Positions 1 to 49,085 of a DNA stretch of 64,000 bases are shown here, piece by piece. How positions within the stretch are numbered: the stretch's first letter is position 1; every line of letters begins with the position of its first letter. The DNA comes from Chrysomallon squamiferum. Lineage: Eukaryota > Animalia > Mollusca. The stretch covers positions 4,712,001 through 4,776,000 of the forward strand of contig CM022671.1 in the NCBI GenBank assembly GCA_012295275.1. Reading direction: 5' to 3'. The notes beneath the pieces are model-generated. The model was not told the DNA's origin. It saw nothing but the letters and a program-made list of their open reading frames with translations, and made no database searches. The translations under genes and the position numbers were made by a program.

Positions 1-88
<88 letters not shown>

Positions 89-95
89 AAGACAG
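1..95. repeat. (GA)n/(GACA)n microsatellite
   Basis: Directly visible. Confidence 0.95.
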
Positions 96-1979
96 ATCGA
101 TATTATACTTTATTTAATGCGGTATCGGATCAAAATTCATTTGCTAACCTTTTAATCTGTTTCATGATTTAATATCTGAACTTACAAATGTTAAAACTGA
201 AAGATGTCTTAGCTGGAAGAAGCGAGTTGAGATAAAAATCTAACGTGCAAAGAAATCAATAAGAAACGGATACATGGCACAAAGCCTGCAATCTTCGAAA
301 CTGTGTGGTAACAGAAAGACAATTTGGGTTTCCGAAATCTTTGGGAATAATTCCTCGTTGATCTGGAGATACAAGAAGCGTGTGTTTACACAGTCAGTAA
401 TGAATTAACTTAGTAACAAGATAACGAAACACTCTCGCCGATAACATTCTATTCATTTAAAGTTTAATTTTCTAGGACTTCGCGAACAAACACTGGCTGT
501 CTTCAAACAGCGCTGCTGGTCATCTCTAAACAAACGTGTTTTCATCTGAACTCCTGGTATCGCTGGCATGTTTCAATATTGACCATGAATGTCCTTATCT
601 CAGCCAGACAAGGAATTTACATTTTGTGAACAAAAAAAGAAGAAAAAAAAACCTGTTTTAATTCAAGCAGCCAGAGGAAGTAAGAATATTGAAGTATGTC
701 TCTTTTTTTTTTTTTTTTTTTCTTTTCTTTTTTTAAATTTTTTTGAGGGAATGAAGCGTAGATTGAAGATGATGGTCTTATTGAATGCAGACGATATCCC
801 GAGAACTGTAGATTGATAAATGATGACGTTGATGCCTAAATGATATCCCATGAACTGTAGATCGAAAAATGATGGTCTTGAGCGACAGGGCGTGTTGCGT
901 TCTGTCCAGAATAAAGAGGAGACGATCTGGAGAGGGCAGTAATCAATGTTTATTGACCAAGTCCTCCGAACACGAGTTCAGCATCAGATTGTTTGAGTTG
1001 TGTATCTCTGCTCATCACGTCATGTTGACTGACTGTACAGAACAGCGAGTTCCTGGTCTTACTGCACGTAGCCCAACACAGAGTGGAAATTTGATACAGC
1101 TCGCAGGATTGTTGTCTGAAATGAGCACACAAGACTTTGTCGTTAAATTGACGATGTTAGTCAGATGGCGATGTGTCTAGCTGTGTTTGCGTCTCTTAGA
1201 TTCAACGAAAACAAAAAACTTAAAAAGTTAATTAACGAATGGAAGAACGAATGAGTATAAGAGTGAATGAATGCTTGAGATGAACGAATAAAAAAATGCA
1301 TGAATGAATGAAAAAATAACGAAAGAATGAATAAACGAAAGATCAAAAGAAGAAGGAACGAAAGAATGAATGAACGAAAGAACGAATAACGAACGAATTA
1401 ATCAACCTACGAAAGAATAGATAAATGAATTTGTGAATATTATTATTAACTGCAACGCTTATTTTGGTAAAATGAAGGCAAGAAAACCGTTTATAATTTT
1501 ATATCCATTTCATAAATAACTATATCCTTAAGACAATGTCATGAAACATTTTTAAAATAGACTCAGAACCTTTAAAATAATGTATAACCTGACACCGCCC
1601 GAAAATAAAGAATTTCGGATAACATACACTGAACTTGTGTAGCTATCCAAAATAGATACAATTCTGACCAAAAATTCTAGCGCGATAGTTTTAGGTGACT
1701 TTATGTTCCTTTGATAGAAGCTGGTCACATATAATGCGTAATACATCAAAAGATATTTCTATAATTTGATTTGTCGTGTCCCTGGCTTTCGACTGACACC
1801 TGGATGTTTTGATACCTGAGATTAGACAGTTCAGATTATCTGTTACAGCTGTAACTTTCACAGTCCACGTGAAAATAACAGACCATTTATCAACTATAAG
1901 AATGAAGTCAAGGTCAGATTCGGAATATGAATGTCGGGATACTTCTAACAATGTTTTGAATTATTATTACTATTACTAT

Positions 1980-2072
<93 letters not shown>

Positions 2073-2344
2073 TTCATTCATTCATTGAGTTGTACTTTTT
2101 TGTTAATTTATTTTTCATTCATCCATCCATTCTTCTATTCATTTAATCATTCATCCATTCATTCATAAATTCATTCATTCATTTTTACGTTCTTACATTC
2201 TTCCATTAATACATTCGTTCGTTTATTCATTCACTCACTCACACAATTATTTTTCTTACTTCACATTAACACCTGTCATTTTCCACGTACCCATCAAACA
2301 CTTGTTTTTCGTCTAACACATTTGTCGTTGTCAACGTTGCCACG

Positions 2345-5614
<3,270 letters not shown>

Positions 5615-5768
5615 CATACTAACCACAGCAGTCAGGTTATTCGCAACAAAATGTTTCGGTTTGTTTTCAATACTAACAATTTAACCTCTTGATAAACCCA
5701 GACTGACTACTAACAATCTAACCAATTTGTCCGTGTAGTATGATTACCAATAGTTTAGAATCAATTTG

Positions 5769-5804
<36 letters not shown>

Positions 5805-5815
5805 TTTTTTATTAT

Positions 5816-5909
<94 letters not shown>

Positions 5910-6976
5910 CGCTTATTCTTGCATAAAGGGTTTAATTATAAAAAAAATGAAAAAATAAGTAAGCAAAAAAATATGCTTATCTTTTGCACTGTTGAGTAGA
6001 CATGTATTTAGTTTCAGTTACAGAAAATGTCAAAAGTCAAATGATGTTGTACAAGATGGGGTAATGGAATTGCAATGTTTATTAATTAACACTAAAATAA
6101 AAACTAATAGAATTGTCGTGTACTCTTTCTCACTTGTTTTCGAAAAAAAAAAAATTTATTGAATTTTATTTTTGATTTACTTATCTATTTTTTTATATAG
6201 GGTTGTTAGTTTTTTTTCAAAGGTTTTTTTCCATTTTTTTTTTTTTTTTCTCTCTCTCTGTCTCATTCTTTTTTCTTTCTTTCTTTCTTTTCATTCATTA
6301 TTTATCTATTTATCTAGTTTTAGTATTTTTCTGTCTCTACCTTTAATAATTCTTTTTTGATTATTGATATCTTTTTATTCTTAACATTTTTTTCTTCACC
6401 TTTTTATCTTTTCATCTTTATTTTTCATTTTTTTTTTTTTTTTTTGTCTTTCTTCTTCCTCTTCCTCTTCTTTATCTCTTTTTACTGCGTGATTTTCTGT
6501 AGATTTTTATTTTCATATTTTTATTATCACTTTTTACTTTTCTATTTCTATTTATCTTTTTTTTCTATTCGTTCCATTTATTTTTATGTTTTTCTGTTTC
6601 CTTTACCCCACTCCCACCTCCCAATATTCACAAATTATTCGCATGCATTACTGATCACCTGCAAACGTCTTCTCACACGAACAAAACCTTTTTACAGTTG
6701 CACGCAAGTCGCTAACAGCGCAACACCGGATATCCGAAAACGTCATTTCCGGCGCAGGCAGAAAGGGGAAATGCTTGTTCTCGGTTTGATTTGCTACGCT
6801 TAGATAAATGAATAATGCAGCGTTCTGTAGCTTCCTGCCCTGTTGTGTCTGATTCAAAAGTGTTCACTTTAATTGAAACAAATGTAAAATGTCTACAGCC
6901 AATACATTACTAAAAAAAAAAACAACTGAAAAGTAATAAATAAAATGAAAAAAACAGACAGACACTACAACAACTA

Positions 6977-7015
<39 letters not shown>

Positions 7016-7039
7016 TCTGACAAATTTCAGCACATGATA

Positions 7040-7268
7040 CAGTCAAACCTGCTGGAGTGGACACCTTTACAAAGAGATTTTCCCTAATCATCTAAAAAGC
7101 AAACACCTCTGTTAAAAGGACACATTTTTATTATAGTTTCCCAAATAATCTATTATGATATAAATCAACCTATATTAAGCACACACCTTCATTAAAAAGA
7201 AATTTATTTATTTTTCATTTATTTTTTATTCTGCTGCTGGTAAATCCTTAACTGGTTCGACTTTACTG
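7040..7268. mobile_element. Possible eroded TA-flanked MITE
   Basis: Starts TA|CAGTCAAACCTG and has internal ACACCT/AAACACC subrepeats; the right TIR is only partly recognisable (GGTTCGACT). Confidence 0.3.
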
Positions 7269-7559
7269 AATAGTTTAAAAAGATGTTTTGATAAAGTGAT
7301 CAATTTTTACATCTACACTGAGGCTTAATTTTATTATTTTATATTTCATAAATATATTTTTCCAGTCTATGGTTTTCCACATTTGACTGGATATATCTAA
7401 CGAACGATAACCGATGAAAATATAGAATAATAAAAAAAATGTAGCTGTTACTTCCCTTGGACTCGAAAACTATTGAACTCATTATGGCGTTATTAATATT
7501 TAACCGAAAATTTTACTTAATCAAATTCTGTATTTCTTTTTCCCAAAGACTGACAAAAT

Positions 7560-7626
<67 letters not shown>

Positions 7627-9572
7627 GTCTGTCTGTCTTTCTTTCTTTCTCTCTCTGTCTTCTTTCTTTCTTTCTCTCTCTTTTTTTCTGCCTGTCTGTC
7701 TCTCTCTCTCTCTTTTTCTCTTTCTGTCTGTCTGTCTCTCTCTCTCTCTCTTTCTCTTTCTGTCTGTCTGTTGTCTCTCTCTTTCTTTCTTTCTTTCTCT
7801 CGCTTTCTCTCTCTCTTTCTCTTTTTTTCTGTGTCTGTCTCTCTCTCTCTATGTGTGTGTGTGTGTGTGTGTTTGTTTCTGTTAATTTCGTCAGTATAAG
7901 CTACATAACGACGATACGAGATGGGGAATTCACTGATGCTGCTTCGTGTGCCTTTCATACAAAACATGAGCATGTTATCTCAAATAATCGAGTAGTTTTT
8001 TATATCACACACTGTAATGCATGAGACTTGAAGTCAAATGAGGTTTGATCCGTGGACATGTCACTTCCCAAGCGCGTGTTCTAATATCGAAATACTTACT
8101 GGCATCCTTTGCCAGCGTAAACGTTAATAAATAGATAAGTAAGTAAATAAGTAAATAAATTAAACTAAAATAATTAAAAATAATAATAATGATGAAAAAA
8201 ATAATTTAAAAAATACCAAACAAATAAACATTGGACACGTATATCAATTTATTATATGTAAACACAAGACATATTTAAATACACACACAAAAGAAATTTA
8301 CAGAAAAAAAACAACAAAAAAAAAAACGTCATTGCAGTGCAGTACATACCAGACACCTAATTACACAAAAAGAATATATTAGTATGCTATTTTACAGCCG
8401 CATTTTCGTATCAGTGTATTGAAAAGAAAAAGAAAAAAAAGATATTATATATATATATATATATATTTATAAATATATAAATAATCAAAACCAAACTGAT
8501 AAAACAAAATGACGTAATAAATGGAAGTAGTCGTAGATGTTTTACGTACGTATTCCTACAAGTATCAGTCTGTTTACGTCATGGATGATATATATGACGT
8601 AGTGTTCGTATTTTATTAGCATTAGACCATAACAAAGACGACAGCTTCGTAAAAGTTTTTAATCGATTTTTTATTCTATTTATTTATTTAGTTAATTTTA
8701 TTTATTTACAGTTAAGAAACTAAAAAGTTACTCAGAATCCTTCAGTTATTAATATAATGACGCAACCGTTTGATAATTCACCCATTTGTGAACCTTAAAG
8801 AGAAAAATTTGTCATTTCTGATTTTCACGATAAAAAAAAACACAACAAATATCTGATTATTCAATATCAGAATCGAAAATTACAAATAATAAAAATAGAA
8901 ATATCTTGTTAATAAGGAATTGACAAATGTTGACATTTTAATATCATTACAAATTAATCTCACATTTGAGTGCCATCTCACAACGTCAAAATGTCATTTT
9001 TTCTAGCGACTGAAGAATACAGAAATCTCACGTTTTTTTATTATTTTACCCATCGCAAAAATGACATCTCACATTACGTCTAATAAAATCTCACAAACGC
9101 AGTTTTAATATCGCATTCTAATAGTTCTTCGTGGATTGTCAAAATGATTGTGCGAACTGTTTTTATTTTTTTATTTTTTTTTTTTTCTTTCTTTCTTTTC
9201 TTTTAGTATATTAAATAATATTTAAAAAAATTTAAATATTTCTTTTGATTTTTCTTATTATTTAAAGAACACAGTTATATACAGTGAAAAAGTAACGTAA
9301 GCAAAATATATAACAATAATTAAATTAGGAACAAGTAAATATATTTGAAAAGCAGATTTAAATTAAACTAAACTAAAACACAACACAAAAACGTTCATGA
9401 ATTCAAACGGTAACAAGAATACATCAACAAATTAATTAAAATAATTAAAATATCCCAATTTAAACATATATGTATATAAAAGTTTTTTTATATATATATT
9501 CTTACAGTGAACTCTACAAAACATAAAAGGTATGAAAGTAAAAGAGGTATTTAACTCTGTATTTTGATTTTG

Positions 9573-9626
<54 letters not shown>

Positions 9627-10175
9627 TAATAAAAAAAAATAATACAACTTTAAATTCGAATATTTTGATTTTTTAAATGCATACAAAGAAAAAAGACACT
9701 AATTAAATCTGTATAAACGAAACCGTGAAAAATTACAATTAGTAACCAAAAACCATAAGAATATGTACAGAACAAAGACATGTGACAAATAAATACTTAT
9801 ATGCTTTCATAATTAAAATATTCAAAATTAATACACAACAAGAAACAAAATACCATAACCTTGCAAAAGAACACTCGGGAATATGTTATATCTCGAATTT
9901 TGCTTTTTTACTTATTTTTTATTATTTATTATTATTTTTATTTTCACAATGCTGAAATATTCAATGACACCTTTAGCGTGTGTTAAAATGTGTCTGTATT
10001 GGCAATAAAAAGCAGAGATATATTTTATATATTTTATCGTTATTCAGGGTTTTTTTTAAATTTTATTTCATTCTTCGTTTAATTTTTTATTTATTTATTT
10101 TTTTTAAAATATATCGTGCAAGATATTCTCTTAAATCTTTTTATTTTATTTTATTTTCTCATTTATTTTTTTATC

Positions 10176-10223
<48 letters not shown>

Positions 10224-10549
10224 TAATTCAATTGGTATTTTTACTTCATTCAGTAAGTGTATTTATTAAAATTCTAGTATATACATAACTGATCCATAAA
10301 TTATTTCCCTCATGTTAGATATGACGTCATATATCAAATAACAAAGATATGAAAATAAAAACGTCTTTTTTTTGTTATCGTCATACTTTATGCTTAGCAA
10401 AGATCGGTCGCTACTAACAAATAAGAAAACGATTTTGAAATATATAAAATATTTTTAAGCTATATGTAGTGCCGCAATAGTTACACTTTAAAACAGTGTG
10501 TTTGTGTGAAAATATATAACTGTTAAAAAAATTAAATAAAAAAAAAATT

Positions 10550-10606
<57 letters not shown>

Positions 10607-11044
10607 CAGTGATTAGGTTCATCAACTGAAAGAAGTAGGGATATAATAAACTGCTATAGTTCTAATTAGAATAAAGGAAACATTTATTTGTGCTCGATTT
10701 TTTTTTGTAATTTAGCGTACCCTCGTTCATTTTTTCTTTCTCTCTTCCTTTCCTCTAATTTATCTCTTATGCTTTCTTTCAATCTGTCACTCTTAACTTA
10801 TTTAATTAATTAATTGCGTATTTTAAAAAGAAATTAAATAAATAAAAAAATTCAAGAAAAACAAAGTTTAGGAAAGATCATATTTAAGCAAGATCATACG
10901 AATTTAAATTTTTGTAACGTATTTTAATTACATCAACCGAATTTTTCGATTAAAACTTAATCATTAAATATAAACAGTTTATAAAATTACCCGCAAACAG
11001 TAATATAAAATATCAAGAATTATTAAGTGTTGCCAGTCAAACTG

Positions 11045-11170
<126 letters not shown>

Positions 11171-11728
11171 TCATAAAATAAATAAATTTCATTCATAAAA
11201 CTGTTTAATAATATGATTTAAAAAAAAAAAAAAATTTCATTCATTTTTTAAGAAAAGTGAACAAAAAAAAAAAAAAAAAAAAAAAAAATAAAAATAACGG
11301 ACAGCCAAACGGACGCATGGAACACGTTGTAACTACCACGACGACGTCAGTGAAGCGCAAAGCGGCACGAAGGACGGCAGATGTAGCAAATATAAATAGA
11401 AGGAAAGTAGAATATAAATTTAAAATTTTTAAATGGAATTTAGATGAAGAAAAGAGAAAAAGGCACGAACTTTGAAATAAATGCGTAATTAAAAACTAGA
11501 AGAAAATGTTGTGTATGTGTGTATATGTATGTGTGTATGTATGTATGTATGTATGTATGTATATATGTATGTATGCAAACGTTTGTTTATATATGAATTT
11601 GTTCAGATACTGAGCAATATTTAAATGGGTTATTACTAATTTGTTTAATAACTGAAAAAAAAATAAGTTTATAATTTACTGGTTTTTATTTGACACATCT
11701 TTGTGTCACTTTGCTATGTGAAAATATA

Positions 11729-11792
<64 letters not shown>

Positions 11793-12424
11793 ATTATCAG
11801 TTTAAAGTTTAAAAAAAAAAAAGAAAGAAAGAAAAAAGCACAGAACAGACTATTTTAAAAAGCATGGCTTAAAAATCAAAATCTTTGATTTTTTTAAAAA
11901 GGCAAGGGAAGAATTTTTTTTAGCTGTTTAAAATAAAATAAAAATTAACGTATAAAATATACGAAATAATACTGCCAACCATTTAAAGGGAATTAACTGC
12001 GTTGATACTGCATGAGAACGTTCGCAAATTTGCAACTGAGATCTTCGCTTAACAAAAACAGTCTTGTTGATTGTTTAACTATAAACCATTCTTTTGTCGA
12101 ACAAACAGATCATACAAAATCCTAGAGATCTGCCTCATCTTACGAGTTAAAGCAACTTCCATTGCGACAATGTCGAGAGAATCTGCAGTAGTTTCAGCCA
12201 TGATGGTTTTGCTAATTATCTCCCTTTAGTTACTGTTTTTGTAATCGAATGGTTGGTGCTAAAAACGAACTCTCGAACTAACTACGATAATGAAAAGATA
12301 ATTCGGATCATTTGAAAACCTGAAACTGGATCTCGGACACATTATATCACTGATCGGAAGAAGCTATGGACTTTTCTAATAATTAAAAATACGGTTATTA
12401 TAATAATAATAAAATATTTTGGTT

Positions 12425-12484
<60 letters not shown>

Positions 12485-12851
12485 GTAAAATAATAAGGCA
12501 TTGAAGATTGCATGTGTATGAAATGAGGAATGCATATAGTAATCACCTAGCATTTTTAATTTAGGTATGTTTGTTGTTTATTTTCCCCCCGCCTCCTCTT
12601 AAAGGGAATCGATCGGTTTATTTTTGGCGCCATAGCCGTACATTTCACCTAACCTATCTAACAATACAGCAGTTTCATTGACATTTTAGCTGCATTTTTA
12701 TAAATTTTTCCGACTCATAATTTTTGCAAAACCAGCAAAAAATTTATTTTACGACAGCTCAAAAATAAAGAATAGATTTAACGATTGAAAAAAAAAAAAA
12801 AAAAAAAAGCGCCAAAAATAGCAGACCGTTTCTCTTTAAATTTGTTATTAT

Positions 12852-44354
<31,503 letters not shown>

Positions 44355-45374
44355 GCTGCTTTTGCGGCTGTTCGCGGGAAACTGGTAAAGAGCCGGGCGA
44401 AGAAGAGAATGGCTTTTAGATCTGAGCTATTTTTAGACCTCTTCTCTCGGCCTGTCTTTTTTTTCTCTCTCTCTCGCTGTCTGTAGCGGTGATTCATAAA
44501 CCCAAGCAACATCTGTCATAGTACGAAGGGGAGGGGGAAAAAAAGAAAGAAAGAAGGCATGCATGCAATTCGGTCAACAAAAAAAGAGAAATCATTGATT
44601 CTTTTTATTTATTTTTTTTTTATATATATTTTTCAAATGTGAGAATAAAAAAAAAAATAATAATAATAATAATAATAAACCCGAAAAAGCCACGGATAAC
44701 AGATGGAAGTAAATAAGAAATTGATTTTTTTTTTTTTTTTTTTTTTCAACGAGTTATTTTTTTCAAGCAAATTTCGATGATGGATGCGAAATTTTGACTA
44801 AACAAGGACTGTTTTGGATTCCGGACTAAGTTGTCACCCCTTCCGTCTGCTTTTGGACCCGGCGTTATTCCCGGACAAACAAATTTTCCGTCTACGGGAC
44901 GGGGGAAGTCAATATTTATGTTCCCATGCAAATGTTACGAAATTTTTAACCTCTAGTTCATAAATTAAAGGGTCATTTCGTTGACAAGCTGCCTGTTGAC
45001 AATTTGTGTATAAATTAGGTTGTCAGGGGCCAGTCTAGGCAGTTTTGTCGTTGTTTTGTTATTCGTCCAAAGAACAAACAACGTGTTTTCAGTATCTTTA
45101 TCGTATTTGCAGAATTTAAAAACAATCGTAAACTGAATTTAATAATAATAATTTGCAGTTGTAGTAGTAGTAGTAACAGTGGTAACAGCAGTTATAGTAG
45201 TAGTAATTGTTGTTGTACTGATAACAGTATTTGCAGTTCTAGTAGTAATAAGTAATAGGATAGTAGTAGTAGTAGTAGTAGCAGTAGTTGTAATATTAGT
45301 TGTTATACTAGTATTAGTACTTGTATTAACAATACAATAATAACAGTAATATTTATTTTAGTACTATTAGTAGC

Positions 45375-45405
<31 letters not shown>

Positions 45406-46231
45406 ATAGTAGTAGTCGTGCAACTGCAGTATTTGCAGTTGTAGTAATAGTGTTAATAGTAGTAAAGTAGTAGTAGTATAGAAGTAGTAGTGGTGGTAAT
45501 TATAGCTGTACTAATAGTAGTGGTACTAATAGTAATAATAATAGTAGTAGTATTTGTAGTAGTTGATCTTGTAGCAGTAATTGTAATTATACTAATAATA
45601 GTAGTAGTAGTAGCAGCAGCAGTGTAGTAGCTGTTATACTATTAACATTACGACTGAAGACAAATGTCGTCACATTTACTACAGTTTCGCTTTACGACAC
45701 TCAATCCATACGTTTTCATTGCTAACAAAGAAAATGAAACCCGCATACAACACATCAGCGAAATATCGATCTCCCTAAGTACCCCCATTGGATCCGCCGC
45801 TGATTCGAGTTATAATTCTATTGTTCTGACGGCTGGGGATGGCCCACGGGCAGACGTAACTTAACTGATAAAAGCCTCGTAACGTTATTTCACTCAAAGT
45901 GTTGATGGATGCGTGTTGGGCACTGTCAACTAGCTGACACTGCCCCAAACAGACCGTGTAAGAAAGAGTACAATAACTGGCTATTTGTAATCTTGGATAA
46001 TGGAAATAGAAAAACTTTTATATCTTTGTTGAGCAGGAGAGTTCTTTTAAAAGAAAAGACAGATGTAAGAGAAGAAAGACTTGTAAATAAATCATTACTG
46101 CGATAAATATTTTTTTATGTTGTTGTTGTTGACGTTATTGCTAACATTTTGTTGTTTAGTTTTTGTTTTGATGTATATTTCTTTGTCTACGTGTTCTTAC
46201 TGTACATATAATATTATGTAGCCTGTATGTA

Positions 46232-46262
<31 letters not shown>

Positions 46263-46354
46263 ATGTATGTATGTATGTATGTATGTATGTATTATGTATT
46301 ATGTATATTTGTATGTTTGTATGTATATATTATGTATGTATGTATGTATGCGGT

Positions 46355-46540
46355 CATTTCAAGGTCTATTTTTTCATCGATTAGCTTCAAGTATTGTTTT
46401 GTACATCATTTCTAGCAGACAGGATAACACATGCCACAGACTTCACTGGTAGAAAGAGAAAGGCAGTAACTGCCTCGATGAAGAGGATTGATCCTGGAAG
46501 CTATCGCACTTCAAGTCGCGTTCTAACCATAGCAACAGTT
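46355..46540 (-). mobile_element. Degenerate tRNA-derived SINE-like fragment
   Basis: B-box-like GGATCAATCC on the minus strand (~46484-46493) with a tRNA-like head. Loosely related body sequence also occurs at ~42515-42612 and ~60148-60295. Confidence 0.45.
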
Positions 46541-46601
46541 CTATTCCAGTGGAAGAGTATCTGAAACATGTTCTTTATTCATTCGGACAAACTATGTTAT
46601 A

Positions 46602-46698
<97 letters not shown>

Positions 46699-47938
46699 GT
46701 GTGTATTTCTATGTGTGTGTATATATATATATATTGGGATTTAACAATAATGAATGACGAAACAATGAAAAAAATGGAAAGGAGAGAGTAAAGAACGAAG
46801 AAAAAGAAGGGATGAAAGTAAAGAAAAAAGAAGAAAGTACGAAATAAAGAAAAAAAGAAGCATAGAATAAACAATAAAAAATGCAGTGAAGAAGGAAAGA
46901 AGGAAAACAAACGAAAGAAAGAAAGTTATGCAGAGAAAGAAGAAAAAAGAAAACGTAACCAAAAAAAATCAAATAATGGATAATGAAAAAGAAGTAAAGA
47001 AAAAAAGAAATGACGAAAAACAAAATAAAGAAAAAAAAGAAAACGCTAGAAACGCAAGAAAGAAACAAAAACAGAATGAAATAAAACAACAAAGAAATAA
47101 AGGATACAGAAAAAGAAAGAACGAACAACAAATAAAAAAAAAGAAAGAAAGAAAGAAATTGAATATTTTATCATTTTAATCATTTTAATTTCCTGTCAAG
47201 CAACTTAACCAGAGTCAAATCTGCCTGAACACAACCTGATTACTTTTTATTTTTAATTTTTTTTTTTATCTACCAAAAACTAATATTATTATCTCTGTCA
47301 CATACAAAAGATACCCCACATAGATAACAGCAGCTGATCTAGGGGGGGTCACAGACACCTCAAGTCTCATCCTTTATCCCCTGATTAGGGATTATTTTAT
47401 TACTGTGCTTACTTTGGCCACTGAAGAAACATGGAAATTTTAAGATTCTTCATGTCTTTGAGAATGACAGAACTCCAACTGTTCGATGTAAAATGTAGAT
47501 GTAGTCTTTCGTCGTTTGGGACTCTTAAGCTTTGTCCCTAAAGCGCTGAATGTTCGTTTAATATGATCAGATTTAAAGCTTAATATAAATGAATATTTTT
47601 CTTGAGTTAACTTTTTTAATTTTAATTTTAATTTTAAACCCATAGTACAGTTTGTTAAAATATTATGGATAAACACAATATACTAATATGGAATTATTGT
47701 TTATTGTTGTTGTTGTATATTTTTTCGGGTTTTTTTTTTATTTATTTGTTGTTGTTTTTGTTTTGCTTATGTCTTTTTTTTTTTTTTTTTTTTTTTTTTT
47801 TAGTTTGTTGATAAAGTCCCACCCACCCACCCACCACCCCATCAAAATACATAGACGCGCCCCTAAAAAAAAAAAAAAAAAAAAAAAAAAGACACTCGAC
47901 CACACAGAAGATTATACCTTCAACTCACAAACCCGAAG

Positions 47939-49012
47939 ATGGCTTCTTCAGTTATCTACGTTTTTCTGTTTTCTTTATTCTACACAGGAATCGCTCAGTA
48001 CGAACCGACCTGGCAGTCTATAGATTCCCGCCCAATACCCGCCTGGTACGACGAAGCCAAACTGGGGATTTTTCTTCACTGGGGCGTCTTCGCCGTTCCC
48101 TGCTACCGCTCGGAGTGGTTCTGGTGGTTCTGGCAGTCGGAGAAAGACAAGGACTTCGTCGACTTCATGAAGGCCAACTACAGACCCGGATGGACGTACG
48201 GAGACTTCGCGAATCAGTTTACCACAGAGCTTTACGATCCTGTCGAATGGGCGAAGATTTTCAAAGCCGCTGGAGCCAAGTAAGTATTAAAATATCGGTT
48301 TACTGGTGTTTACCACTGTCTTCTGAATGAACGAATGAACGAAACGAATATTTGTCGAAGAAACATTCAGCAAATTTTAATACAAAAAGGGTATTAGGTG
48401 TTAAACATATTTTAATGTATTTTATTCCGAATTGCATGAACGAATGAATGAATGAATGAATGAATGAATGAATGAATAAATTTCGTAGATTACAAAATCC
48501 GTGCCTCAGGATGTACTACACTTAACATTCAAAATCTAGGGACATTTTACATGCTTCTTTTCAGCAGACGAATTTCTTTTTTAATTCTTTGGCAGTTAAG
48601 CAAGTTTGCTATGATTTCGTTTGACCGTTAAGATGAAATAATTTCATTATTCTGTTTTAATTATTTTTGTGAGAGAACTATCTACGATCCGAACGTTTCG
48701 TCAAAATACTTGCAATGTATGTAATAATTATTATAAATGTCTCCATCGTCAAGGGACGTAATACTTACATATTTTGTAACGCTGAAGTTACGTCCCTTTA
48801 GTTTTCAAACAATTTTCTTTTTATTTCATTATATAAAAAAAAAGTCTTCATAATCATAAAAATGGTAGTTATTACCACGTTCAAGACAAATAAACAAATA
48901 AATAAATAATAAGTTATAGAAATCAATGATGTATCGGATTATAGGCCAAAAGAAAACTGACCACCAGAAAAATGCAGAAAGCATGGTCACTATTTCTCGT
49001 TCTTTTTTCTTC

Positions 49013-49047
<35 letters not shown>

Positions 49048-49053
49048 TTATTT

Positions 49054-49085
<32 letters not shown>

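Noticed and set aside
320-356. NF-kB-like sites (GGGTTTCC, GGGAATAATTCC) upstream of the peptidase gene
   Set aside because: They are imperfect matches ~2 kb from the ATG with unknown TSS, and are expected by chance.
869-1180. 103-aa ORF, possible transposase remnant
   Set aside because: I could read no convincing DDE or other motif in any frame; it would need BLASTX.
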